Part shown: positions 8,771 through 17,519 of the stretch, in pieces
How the letters are laid out: the number at the start of each line of letters is the position of its first letter
How positions within the stretch are numbered: the first letter of the stretch is position 1
IMG/VR virus record: IMGVR_UViG_3300032030_002802
Location: 96,001 to 160,000 of that record
Source of the DNA: a virus
Lineage: Duplodnaviria; Caudoviricetes
DNA length: 64,000 nucleotides
Direction: 5' to 3' (one strand)
Position numbers and translations under genes: made by a program
Notes under the pieces: model-generated
Database searches by the model: none
Told to the model about the DNA's origin: nothing
Seen by the model: the letters and a program-made list of their open reading frames with translations, nothing else

Positions 8771-9465
8771 CTTGTTGCCTCCATTACTGCTGTGTTCGGC
8801 GCATCTACGGCGTCTCCGACGTCCTTGCCCTCCTCGAGCAGGTCGTCGACGCGCTTCAAATCCGGTATCCTGTTGAACTGCACCTCCATGTCCATCATCT
8901 GCTCCATGAGGTACTTCTCGATGTTCTGCGCGTTGGAGGACGCCACGGTCCCGTCACCGGCGATCTCGGCGCGTATGCGGCGTTCGTCCGGCCTGCGCTC
9001 GAACACCTCGGCGAACACTGCCGGCAGGTCGCCCGCGTCCGGGTCGAACCCGTCGGCCCGAAGCTGCTGGCGCAGGTAGCCGCGTATCGAGTGCGAGAAC
9101 GGAAGGATGTCGCGGTTCATCGACACCTCGGCGATCGCCCACGCGGCCTCCTCGGACGTGACCGGGTCGAACATCTCGAACGCCGGAGCCCCGGACGCGA
9201 GCGTGTTGCAGACGTTCATGAACACGTCGAGCCTCTTGAAGAACGCGTCCGAGCCCATCACGGCCTGCATCGCGCACCAGCGGTCCATCGCAGGCGTGCA
9301 GATCTCGGCCTTGAAGTCGGCCGACACCTCCATCGCGCAGGTGACCGGGTCCCAGTCGTACACGGCCTCGCCGTACTGGTCCAGCATGATGGCGTGCACC
9401 ACGGTCGCCAGCGTCTGCGGCGACTCGAGCGCGAGCTTCCTCGGATATGTCATCTTCTCGTTCAT
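8767..9465 (-). CDS. hypothetical protein (232 aa)
   Basis: Globular, acidic composition; stop overlaps the start of the holin-like gene. Confidence 0.75.
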   Translation of the reverse strand: MNEKMTYPRKLALESPQTLATVVHAIMLDQYGEAVYDWDPVTCAMEVSADFKAEICTPAMDRWCAMQAVMGSDAFFKRLDVFMNVCNTLASGAPAFEMFDPVTSEEAAWAIAEVSMNRDILPFSHSIRGYLRQQLRADGFDPDAGDLPAVFAEVFERRPDERRIRAEIAGDGTVASSNAQNIEKYLMEQMMDMEVQFNRIPDLKRVDDLLEEGKDVGDAVDAPNTAVMEATR

Positions 9466-9473
9466 GGCGCACT

Positions 9474-9503
9474 ATTATACCATATACTCGGCCGTCATGT
9501 CAC
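9474..9503 (-). promoter_or_regulatory. sigma70-like promoter GTGACA-18-(TG)GTATAAT, probably near-leaderless
   Basis: -10 at 9479..9474, only 8 nt before ATG 9465, with no Shine-Dalgarno in between. Confidence 0.6.
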
Positions 9504-10610
9504 CATGTCCTTGTAGGTCGGGCGCAGCTGCTCGTAGTGGGTCCTGTTGTCCACGCCGAACAGCCTCCGCGACTTCCTGTCGGACCTGGCCTTGTCGGCC
9601 GCGCACATGCGGTTCCAGTTCACCCACACGCGGATCGCCTCCTTCAGATCGGGCTCCTTGTGCACCAGCTCTATGCCGGTGCGGGCGCGCCATCTGTGCA
9701 CTGGATCGCGCATGAGCTTGTCGACCAGGTCCCGGCTGTACCCGGCGGCGAGCATCTGCTCCGCGGTATAGGGGCGTTCGTAGCCGGACTGCGCGACTGC
9801 CTCGTCCTCCGACGTCTTCACGGCCTGCCACACGCCGTTGACCGCCCGCAGCCTGTTCTTCATGAACGCGTTGTGCCGCTGCGTCGCCCTGCTGATCGCG
9901 TCCGCGCTGTACGCCTTGTTGCCCGGTATGGTGTGCGCCGGGGTGAACACCCTGCGGTGCAGCCAGTCGGCGTACTGCTCGCGCGTGAACTTCGCCCCCG
10001 GGGCCGTGTACTTCCTGTACCCGGCCCTCGACGGCATGTACTTGTCCACGAAATAGTCGACCTGGCTGTTTGCCGAATCCTGCCGCCTGCCGGCCGCGAG
10101 CCACCCCTTGTATGCGGTGAGCGACGGACCGGTGTACTGCGGGAGGCCGTATCCGCCGCCACCGCCGCGCTGCTTCGTCGCGTAGTCGAACCTCCCGCCG
10201 GTCTCCCGGTCGAAGTTCGCCAGGATCGCGGCCTCCAGGTTGGGGTTGTTGAGCTTCGAGTGGAGCCTCGCAGACACCTGGTTGATGCGCGACGACGGGG
10301 TGGACGGCGCGGCCGCAGCGGCCGGGCGTACCGGCCGTACAGTCCGCTGCGGCATGTTGAGCTTCTGCCCGACCCGCAGCTGGTCGGGGTTCCTCAGCCC
10401 GTTCAGCCGCGCGAGCTCCTGCCACGTCGTGCTGTTGCGGGAGGCGATGCCGGACAGCGTGTCGCCCGCGGCGACGCTGTACGGTACGGCGGCCGTGGTC
10501 GTCGCGGCCACCGCAGTCGCGGCCCGCTTGAGGAGGGTGCGCCACCGTGACGGCTCCACGGTTTTGGCGGCCGCCATTAGTCTCACGCGCGTTGGCATTA
10601 CGGTGCTCAT
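9495..10610 (-). CDS. LysM + phage tail lysozyme (Phage_lysozyme2-like) muralytic enzyme with extra C-terminal domain
   Basis: LysM YSVAAGDTLSGIA...LARLNGLRNPDQLRVGQKLNMP; lysozyme AAILANFDRETG...GYGLPQYTG...QVDYF. Confidence 0.85.
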   Translation of the reverse strand: MSTVMPTRVRLMAAAKTVEPSRWRTLLKRAATAVAATTTAAVPYSVAAGDTLSGIASRNSTTWQELARLNGLRNPDQLRVGQKLNMPQRTVRPVRPAAAAAPSTPSSRINQVSARLHSKLNNPNLEAAILANFDRETGGRFDYATKQRGGGGGYGLPQYTGPSLTAYKGWLAAGRRQDSANSQVDYFVDKYMPSRAGYRKYTAPGAKFTREQYADWLHRRVFTPAHTIPGNKAYSADAISRATQRHNAFMKNRLRAVNGVWQAVKTSEDEAVAQSGYERPYTAEQMLAAGYSRDLVDKLMRDPVHRWRARTGIELVHKEPDLKEAIRVWVNWNRMCAADKARSDRKSRRLFGVDNRTHYEQLRPTYKDMVT

Positions 10611-10640
10611 TGACGTACCTTTCCGCCTTGTGCCATGGAA

Positions 10641-11387
10641 TCACCCGCGCCGCCGTGCCACCACGCCGTAGTGGTACATGAAGTTCAGCCCGTCGTCGAC
10701 CGGAACGCCGTCTTTGTATATCATGCACTGCATCACTGCCTGGTCGCCGCCGTTATGGCGCCAGCCCGGCATCTCGCCCCTGCGGTCACGGAACCCGCCC
10801 CTGATGCGGCTCTCGTAGTTGTCGAGGAAGAAAGCGTACCACCTGTCGAAGAACGACAGGGTGTCGTAGTTGTTCCGGGCGAGAATCAGCCCTGCCTGCC
10901 AGTGCGGGAACTTGAAGAGGAACGTCTTGTCGTCCTGGAGGCCGAACGCCTCGGCTATGCTGCGCCTGACTATGTACCCGTCCGGCACGTGCCGCAGTTT
11001 CGTGCCGCACGTGGTCAGTGTCAGCAGCGAACCCGAGGTGTGCGCCCTGCCGACGACCGTGCGCAGCTCCCCGAGGAACGCGTCAAGGCGGCCCATGGGA
11101 AGGACGCAACCCGCGTCCAGGTACAGCAGCCACTCGTCCGGGTCCAGCGCCCGTAGCGTCTGGGCTATGGCATACGGCTTCCACGACCAGTAGGCGTAGC
11201 CGTGGTCGCCGGCGTACCGGGAGAACCGGTCCAGGTACCCCGCCCCGAGGTCGCGCTCGTCCAGCACGAACTCCCTGTCGAAGAAACCGAACTTGTCGCG
11301 TATGACACGCAGGTCGCGCTTGAACCGCGCCGGGGCAGCCGTCCAGTTTGACGACGCAAACGTCATGAATGAGATTTTGCTGTCCAT
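10641..11387 (-). CDS. GT-A fold glycosyltransferase-like protein
   Basis: GYAYWSWKPY, LLYLDAG (DxD-like), WQAG and HNGGDQAV motifs. Start at MDSKISF (11387). Confidence 0.7.
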   Translation of the reverse strand: MDSKISFMTFASSNWTAAPARFKRDLRVIRDKFGFFDREFVLDERDLGAGYLDRFSRYAGDHGYAYWSWKPYAIAQTLRALDPDEWLLYLDAGCVLPMGRLDAFLGELRTVVGRAHTSGSLLTLTTCGTKLRHVPDGYIVRRSIAEAFGLQDDKTFLFKFPHWQAGLILARNNYDTLSFFDRWYAFFLDNYESRIRGGFRDRRGEMPGWRHNGGDQAVMQCMIYKDGVPVDDGLNFMYHYGVVARRRG

Positions 11388-11412
11388 GGCTCTGTCGACC
11401 TCGTTAAATACG

Positions 11413-12279
11413 TCATAGTGCGTGGCCACGCTCGTTGGGGTCCTCGGGCATGCGGGCCGCAAGGGCCTCGCCGGGCTTCTTCTTCGGGCCGATCGCGTCG
11501 GTCCCCAGGTAGAAATCCCGCGCGGTGAAGTCCTCGGACTCGTTGCGGTTAAACACACGCCAGCATTTGTCGAAACACGCCCGCTGCCGGCGGTCGTCGG
11601 ACCGCCACTCGATCCGGCCTCTTCCGATCTTGATGCGCTCGAACTCGTAACGCGTTTTGCAGATATAGTGGTTTAGCCATGCCGGACAGTCACGTACGCC
11701 CGAGTTGAACGGACCAGGCACGATGGTCGCCCCGTCTGCGGATCTTACGTGATGCCAGCCCTTCGGCACGCTCAGGCAGTGCGGGTTGTCCCGGAACAAT
11801 GTGCGCCGGCTTACGTGGCGCATATTGACTATTGTCTTGATGTGCCTGTCGAAGCCAGACTGGCATCTGGTGAAGCGCCCGACGACCGAGTAGTTGCCGT
11901 CGGTCGGGGCGGACAGGCCGGAGTCCCCGAAGCACTTCCAGTTGAGCGCCACTCCCATGTCGTCCGAAAAGCCGGACAGGAATCCGTCAAGCGAAAGCCC
12001 GGGTCTCAGGCACATGAACTCATCGACGTCGAAGAATGCCGTGAAGTCCACGCCGGCTGAGATATCCGTGTGGAGGTAGTCGTTGTAGGCGCGGAGCTGG
12101 CAGTTGCGTCCCGGCATCTCGAGCAGCTTGACGCGTGCATCCCCGCCCAACGACCCTTTGTATTGCCAGTCGTTCTGGTATATGTATATCTCGCTAAACC
12201 CGAGCTTGAAGTGGTACAGCATCCACTCGTCGATGTAATGGTCCTCGTCCCTGGCTATGCACACGAGAGCATTCCGCAT
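11413..12279 (-). CDS. glycosyltransferase, GT92/GT2_4-like
   Basis: CIARDEDHYIDEWMLYHFKLGFSEIYIYQND, QLRAYND, FFDVDEF, KTIV, NPH and LNHY motifs. Lower GC than neighbours. Confidence 0.85.
   Translation of the reverse strand: MRNALVCIARDEDHYIDEWMLYHFKLGFSEIYIYQNDWQYKGSLGGDARVKLLEMPGRNCQLRAYNDYLHTDISAGVDFTAFFDVDEFMCLRPGLSLDGFLSGFSDDMGVALNWKCFGDSGLSAPTDGNYSVVGRFTRCQSGFDRHIKTIVNMRHVSRRTLFRDNPHCLSVPKGWHHVRSADGATIVPGPFNSGVRDCPAWLNHYICKTRYEFERIKIGRGRIEWRSDDRRQRACFDKCWRVFNRNESEDFTARDFYLGTDAIGPKKKPGEALAARMPEDPNERGHAL
11416..11497. repeat. imperfect direct repeat, copy 1 (about 80 bp)
   Basis: Aligns with 12312..12390; encodes IGPKKKPGEALAARMPEDPNERGHAL. Confidence 0.8.
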
Positions 12280-12299
12280 GGCGTGTTCTCCACGTCCGG

Positions 12300-13310
12300 T
12301 TAAAGCCGCCACAGGGCGTGGCCCAGCTCAGTCAGGTCCTCGGGCGTGCGGGCCGCGAGGGCCTCGCCGAGCTTCTTCGGGTCGATCGCGCCCGCCTCCT
12401 TCACCGACTCGGCGAACCCGTCGCCGAGCACGTCGTCGAACACCTCGTCCGGGAGCTCCGCGAGCTTCGAGAGGCTCAGGGCGTCGCCGTTGATCTCGAT
12501 GACGTCGTTCACGATGGCCTCGGCCTGCTTCACGTCCATGTCGAACAGGAAGTCCTCCGGCGCCATTAGGTCCTTGCCGTACCTGCCGCGCCAGTTCTCG
12601 ATGATGTCGGTGTCCTCGACGAGCTCCGCGATCTTCTCGGTCGCGCCCGCGAGCGCCTCCTCGCCGCCCTCGGCCAGGTGCTCCGCCATCTTGGAGAGCG
12701 CGAGTCCGGTGTCCACGTCTGAGCACAGCTCGGCGCGGATCAGGAGCTCGTTCACAACGTTGTCGCGCCTCGCCACGCCGTGGCCCGCCGTCTTGCGGAT
12801 GCCGTCAGGCACCTCCACGCCGAACTCGGCGGCCTTGCGCAGTATGTTCTTCGCGATCTCGTTGCGCATGGGGAACGGGTACTTGAACTTGTTGTCCTCG
12901 AAGTACGCGGCCGCCAGCTTCACGCCCGACGCGTCGAACATGGGGTACTTGCGCTCCCCGTCCCGGACCCAGCCGTAGTCGTCGTCCGACGCGGTCTTGA
13001 CCTCCTCCGTGTGCGTCAGGACCTTGGCGACGTCGTCCGCGATGCCGAACATGTGCGCCGCCTTCTGCAGGTTGTACTCGACGTCCGCCCTGATGGCGCG
13101 GTACGCCTCGTCCGACGCGTGCTTCATGAAGTACTTCGCGGACGTCCACGTCTGCGCGGGGCTGTTGCAGGGAAGCTCCCGGGCCACCGCGTCCGCGTAG
13201 AAGGCATGACGGCCCGCCGGGGGCTCCGCCTCCGGGAAACCGGCCGTCTTCACGTACGCCGGAGCGGCCTCGTCCTGCGCGCACGACTTCCATTCACTGT
13301 AGTCAACCAT
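12300..13310 (-). CDS. hypothetical protein rich in K-x-A motifs, probable head-associated protein
   Basis: Start MVDYSEW with GGAGG. Contains KTAG, KHAS, KTAS, KLAA, KAAE, KTAG, KQAE, KEAG. Confidence 0.7.
   Translation of the reverse strand: MVDYSEWKSCAQDEAAPAYVKTAGFPEAEPPAGRHAFYADAVARELPCNSPAQTWTSAKYFMKHASDEAYRAIRADVEYNLQKAAHMFGIADDVAKVLTHTEEVKTASDDDYGWVRDGERKYPMFDASGVKLAAAYFEDNKFKYPFPMRNEIAKNILRKAAEFGVEVPDGIRKTAGHGVARRDNVVNELLIRAELCSDVDTGLALSKMAEHLAEGGEEALAGATEKIAELVEDTDIIENWRGRYGKDLMAPEDFLFDMDVKQAEAIVNDVIEINGDALSLSKLAELPDEVFDDVLGDGFAESVKEAGAIDPKKLGEALAARTPEDLTELGHALWRL
12312..12390. repeat. imperfect direct repeat, copy 2 (about 80 bp)
   Basis: Aligns with 11416..11497; encodes IDPKKLGEALAARTPEDLTELGHAL. 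Confidence 0.8.
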
Positions 13311-13329
13311 GATTTCCTCCCTGTACGGG

Positions 13330-13358
13330 TTTACAATCTGACCGAACAGGAGTATAAT
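13330..13358 (+). promoter_or_regulatory. sigma70 promoter TTTACA-17-TATAAT
   Basis: -35 at 13330-13335 and -10 at 13353-13358, in the divergent gap upstream of ATG 13391. Confidence 0.75.
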
Positions 13359-13390
13359 ATCACGGTTTCGGAAAAACTGCAAGTGGTGAC

Positions 13391-16126
13391 ATGAGATTTC
13401 TTTGGAGAGAGACCCTCCGCCGGATGACGGGCGGGGAGACCAGGTGCCCCGCGTGCCGGGCGGACGGGCTGTCCGTGTCGGAGCGGGACGAGCGCGACGT
13501 GCTGCCGGACCTGCGGGGCGTGCCGCACTGCGAGTGCCCGGCCTGCGGAAGGCGCGGGGACTTCGCAGTGCTGGTCGCGGCCGCGTCCGACCAGGCCGTC
13601 GCGGACACGGTCCGCGAGCTGCTGCGCATAGGCGAGCTCGAGGCGTCCGTCCGCGACGCCGAGGCGTACATAGCCCGCAAGGAGGCGCAGGCGGACGTCG
13701 ACGCCCACTTCGCCAAGTGCGTCGCGAAGCTCCGGGCGGCCCCGCACATGGGCAACATCCGGGCCGGCCTGTCCGCGTCCACCCTGCGCCAGCTGCCGCC
13801 CGACACCGGGATGCACGTCGCCGACGACGCGCCGAGGGCGTTCGCGCTCCTGTCGGGGCCGAGGTACGCGCGCGTGCCGATGACCCTCTACCGCTACCGG
13901 TTCGACGGGGAGACCTCCTGCATCGACGCCCAGAACCCCAAGACGCTCCAGCGCGAGCACAGGCTGCGGGTTACCGGCGACGTCGGCGTGTACCTGGGCG
14001 ACTTCCGCGAGGGGGAGGTGCCGCAGGTGCTGCTCGCCACCCCCAACCCGAGGACGGCCGGCCAGATCTACGGCGCGATGCGGGCCGAGAGCTCGCTCGT
14101 CCCGCCGGTCGTCGGCCTCGCCGGCTTCCCGCTGCCGCACAGGTTCTCGGCCGTGCGGACGCTCTACCTGCTCGACGCCCCCGACGCCCCGCTTCCCCTG
14201 TCGTTCGCCGTGCAGGCGCTGCGGAAGCCCGCGGTGTACGGGTCGGACGCCGAGCCGGCCGTGCGCGTGCTGTCCCCGCACTGCCCCGCGTCGTCGATCG
14301 TGGCTGAGGACGTGCGCCGCCTCGCGGGCGCGTCCCAGCACGGCTCCGCGCTCCGGACGTGGATCGCAGGGCGCATCATGCAGTCCGCCGACCGGCGCGA
14401 GGAGGTGGCGAACGCCCTCCTCCAGGCCGGGGCGTCCGAGAACGTCCGCGCCGAGATAGCCGAGCTCCTCGGCCCTTCCGCCCCGCAGTCGCTGCTCAAC
14501 ACCGTGCTTCTCCCGACCACTGAGCCCGACGACGTCCTGACGCTCGCCAACGGGAGGCTCGTCAGGAGCACCCCAGTCGGCATATACGCCGCGCGGCGCG
14601 ACCGGAAGACCGGCGAGATCTCTGCCGGGGCGCTCCTCTGCAACGTCGGCGTGTCCGTCGAGTCCCGGATCGTCGACAGGGGGAGCGAGACCGCCATATG
14701 CACGGTCACGCACCCGGACAGCGACGTCCCGTCCACGCAGGTGCGCCTCCCACGCGCGCACTGGAACAACCCCGACGCGCTCGCCGAGGACGTCCGCTCG
14801 GCCTACGCGGAGGGCGGGCGCACGCCGTACGTGGCCTTCTACCGCGCGTCGGGCTACGCGTGGGGCGACATCCTGCAGCTCCTGGGCGCGCACTGCCCGG
14901 TGCAGAGCGGGCTGAAGGCCCTCGGGGCGGCGCCTGACGGATCCGTCAATTTCCCGAACACGGCCGTCGCGAAGGGGGCCACGTCCCGGCAGACCAAGGC
15001 TGGCCTCATCAGGCCGGACGCGCTGGCCGCATACTCGGCCCTGCCCGCCGACGCGGAGCCGGCGGACGCTGGGAGGCTGGCGTCGTTCCTCGCCTCCGCC
15101 ACGTCGCTGTGCCGCACCGGCGTCGCCGCCGGCGTCCTGCACGCGCTGTTCTGCGCGGCCGGCAAGATGTTCGAGTCGAGCGGGGTGCGCAGGCCGCCCG
15201 CCCACATGGTGTTCGTCGAGACGGAGCCCGGCGTCTGGGACGAGACTCTCAGGACGCTCGCCTACCTCTTCTCCGGCTCCGAGTACGTCCCGCTCATGGA
15301 CTACTCCGACCGGCCGGGCTTCCTGCGTGGGTGGGCCGACCTCGGGACGCTCCCGCTCGTGACCCGCCTCCCCGCCGCCGAGGACGTCGCCACGGTGCTC
15401 GCGGCGTCGCCGGTGGGCGTGATGGCCGTGGCGGACCCGCTGACGGCCATGACCTGCAGCGGGCGCGGGACCGTGTCGTTCGTCCTCCCGAACGTTGAGG
15501 CCCCGGGCCCCGAGATCTCGCAGGAGGAGGTGGACGGGCTGAGGAGGGCTTTCGTCGCCGTGACGGCCGCCAAGGCCGGGACCGGATGGCTGGACATCGC
15601 CGCCGGCGGCCCCGCGGCCCTCTCGACCCCGTGCCTCTCCGCCCTGGGGTCGCTGTCGCCCGTGCGCGACGCGGCCACAGTGGCTGGCGGGCTCTACCGC
15701 TCGGTGAAGGGCAGGTACCCGGGGGTGGGGGTCACGGGCGCCAAGGCGTTCTTCTCAGTCCTGCACAGGGCGTACACCGCGGCGGCGAACGGCGACGGCG
15801 GCGGGATCAGGCTCACCACGGTGGCGGGGGCCCCGGCCGACGCGCTGAGGGCGAGCTTCAACGAGCGCGGCGAGCACGTGTTCGTCCTCCCGGACCAGGT
15901 GGTCGTCAGCCGGTCCGTGGTGCAGCTGATCGACCGCCAGCAGAATTTCCTGTTCGACGCAGAGCAGCTCTCGCACGAATTTGAGGAAAATGGTATAATA
16001 CTAGCCGACGCCCCCGGTCTGCTCGGCATCGACGACCGCCGCGTGTGGGTATTCCCGCGCGCCGTGTGGGACTCGGAAGTCGTCCGGGCCGCGGGGCAGG
16101 CAACAATAAAAAGGAAACAGCAATGA
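13391..16126 (+). CDS. large primase-like protein (N-terminal Zn finger), catalytic motifs not recognisable
   Basis: CPAC...CECPACGRRGDFAVLV resembles primase Zn-binding domains. The middle region resembles DUF927-type domains. No clear Walker A. Confidence 0.5.
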   Translation: MRFLWRETLRRMTGGETRCPACRADGLSVSERDERDVLPDLRGVPHCECPACGRRGDFAVLVAAASDQAVADTVRELLRIGELEASVRDAEAYIARKEAQADVDAHFAKCVAKLRAAPHMGNIRAGLSASTLRQLPPDTGMHVADDAPRAFALLSGPRYARVPMTLYRYRFDGETSCIDAQNPKTLQREHRLRVTGDVGVYLGDFREGEVPQVLLATPNPRTAGQIYGAMRAESSLVPPVVGLAGFPLPHRFSAVRTLYLLDAPDAPLPLSFAVQALRKPAVYGSDAEPAVRVLSPHCPASSIVAEDVRRLAGASQHGSALRTWIAGRIMQSADRREEVANALLQAGASENVRAEIAELLGPSAPQSLLNTVLLPTTEPDDVLTLANGRLVRSTPVGIYAARRDRKTGEISAGALLCNVGVSVESRIVDRGSETAICTVTHPDSDVPSTQVRLPRAHWNNPDALAEDVRSAYAEGGRTPYVAFYRASGYAWGDILQLLGAHCPVQSGLKALGAAPDGSVNFPNTAVAKGATSRQTKAGLIRPDALAAYSALPADAEPADAGRLASFLASATSLCRTGVAAGVLHALFCAAGKMFESSGVRRPPAHMVFVETEPGVWDETLRTLAYLFSGSEYVPLMDYSDRPGFLRGWADLGTLPLVTRLPAAEDVATVLAASPVGVMAVADPLTAMTCSGRGTVSFVLPNVEAPGPEISQEEVDGLRRAFVAVTAAKAGTGWLDIAAGGPAALSTPCLSALGSLSPVRDAATVAGGLYRSVKGRYPGVGVTGAKAFFSVLHRAYTAAANGDGGGIRLTTVAGAPADALRASFNERGEHVFVLPDQVVVSRSVVQLIDRQQNFLFDAEQLSHEFEENGIILADAPGLLGIDDRRVWVFPRAVWDSEVVRAAGQATIKRKQQ
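15991..15999 (+). promoter_or_regulatory. extended -10 (TGGTATAAT) inside the 3' end of the upstream gene
   Basis: AT-rich patch within a GC-rich CDS, about 125 bp upstream of ATG 16123. Confidence 0.55.
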
Positions 16127-16473
16127 GCGAAGAAGCACAGAAGGCCGGAGAGGCCCAGAAGGTGGTGAAGCTGCTCGCCGAGCGCGAGATCAAGGACAGC
16201 ATGGCGGACGCCCGTTTCTACGAGCAGATGCCTGAGTTCCTGCCACTCAGGAAGAAGATGCAGGCCGCGCACAACGACCTCATCACGCCGAAGGGCTGCA
16301 CGCAGTGCGCGAAGAACCGCGCGTACCGCACACACAGCGGCGACTACCTGGCGATAGTGGCCAGCCTCAAGGGCGACGCGGTCGAGCGCATGCGGAAGTA
16401 CTTCGGGGCGGACGAGCTCCGGGCGACCACGCTGGACCCCGTGACGCGCCAGCCCAAGACGATCAAGCTCTGA
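16123..16473 (+). CDS. hypothetical protein with CxxC (GCTQC), 116 aa
   Basis: ATG overlaps the upstream stop (ATGA); AAGGA RBS. Confidence 0.75.
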   Translation: MSEEAQKAGEAQKVVKLLAEREIKDSMADARFYEQMPEFLPLRKKMQAAHNDLITPKGCTQCAKNRAYRTHSGDYLAIVASLKGDAVERMRKYFGADELRATTLDPVTRQPKTIKL

Positions 16474-16523
16474 CGCGGGCCGCGCGGCCGGCGCCGGGTG
16501 CAACAGGAGACAAGGAGACGAAC

Positions 16524-17504
16524 ATGGACGATAACACGCGCATGCCGATGCTGGAGCCGTACGCCGTCAAGCTGGCGGTGACGGCCCTGTCGGAGACCGA
16601 GGACTACAACCACAGGCTGCTCAACATCCCGGAGATGTGGAAGAGGAGCAGGGGGGCCGGCGTCAGGGTCGCCGTGCTCGACACGGGCTGCCCCAGGCAC
16701 ATCGACCTCAAGGTCGCCGGCTGCAGGGACTTCTCCGGGTCGGACTCGCCGTACGACGCCGCGGGGCACTCGACGCACGTCTGCGGCATCATCGGGGCAC
16801 TCGTGAACGGGGTCGGCGTCAGGGGGATCGCCCCGGAGTGCGAACTGCACTGCGGGAAGGTCCTCGGCGACGACGGGTCCGGCACGCTGGCCGACATCGC
16901 CGCGGGCATCCGCTGGGCAGTAGACGAGGTGCACGCCGACGTCATCAACATGAGCCTCGGCTGCTCGCCGGCCGGCGCGGCCAGCAAGACCCTGCGCAGC
17001 GCCTGCGAGTACGCCCACGACAAGGGCGTGGTGCTGTGCTGCGCGGCCGGGAACGACGCGGGCAGGGTCAACGCCCCGGCCTGCCTCCCGACCACGATAG
17101 CCGTCGCGGCGGTCGACCGCAACAAGGAGAAGGCGTACTTCACCTGCCACGGCTCGGAGGTCGACTTCGCGGCCGGGGGCGTGGACGTGTTCTCCACCTG
17201 GCTCGACAACCAGTACGCCAAGCTGTCCGGGACCTCGATGGCCACGCCGGTCATCACCGGGGCCGCCGCGCTGGTCATCGGCGCGGCGCGGGCGAACGGC
17301 GAGAAGCTGACGCCGGAGGGCGTGTACGACCGCCTCATGGGCATCTCGATCGACGTCGAGGCGCCCGGCAAGGACGAGTTCACGGGCAACGGGATCCCCG
17401 TCTTCACCTCGTCCGCGCCGGTCGACCCGGAGCCCGCGGGAGACGACTGGTTCACGCAGCTCCTGCGCTGGGTCGCGGAGCTGTTCGCCAAGTTCAGGAA
17501 GTAG
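16524..17504 (+). CDS. S8 subtilisin-like serine protease
   Basis: Catalytic triad motifs VAVLDTG, GHSTHVCGII, SGTSMATP; oxyanion AAGND. AAGGAG RBS, no signal peptide, amphipathic C-terminal helix. Confidence 0.93.
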   Translation: MDDNTRMPMLEPYAVKLAVTALSETEDYNHRLLNIPEMWKRSRGAGVRVAVLDTGCPRHIDLKVAGCRDFSGSDSPYDAAGHSTHVCGIIGALVNGVGVRGIAPECELHCGKVLGDDGSGTLADIAAGIRWAVDEVHADVINMSLGCSPAGAASKTLRSACEYAHDKGVVLCCAAGNDAGRVNAPACLPTTIAVAAVDRNKEKAYFTCHGSEVDFAAGGVDVFSTWLDNQYAKLSGTSMATPVITGAAALVIGAARANGEKLTPEGVYDRLMGISIDVEAPGKDEFTGNGIPVFTSSAPVDPEPAGDDWFTQLLRWVAELFAKFRK

Positions 17505-17519
17505 GCCCGGAGGCAGGCT

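Noticed and set aside
16524-17504. S8 protease as the capsid maturation protease
   Set aside because: A canonical prohead protease occupies the expected position at 53931..55370.
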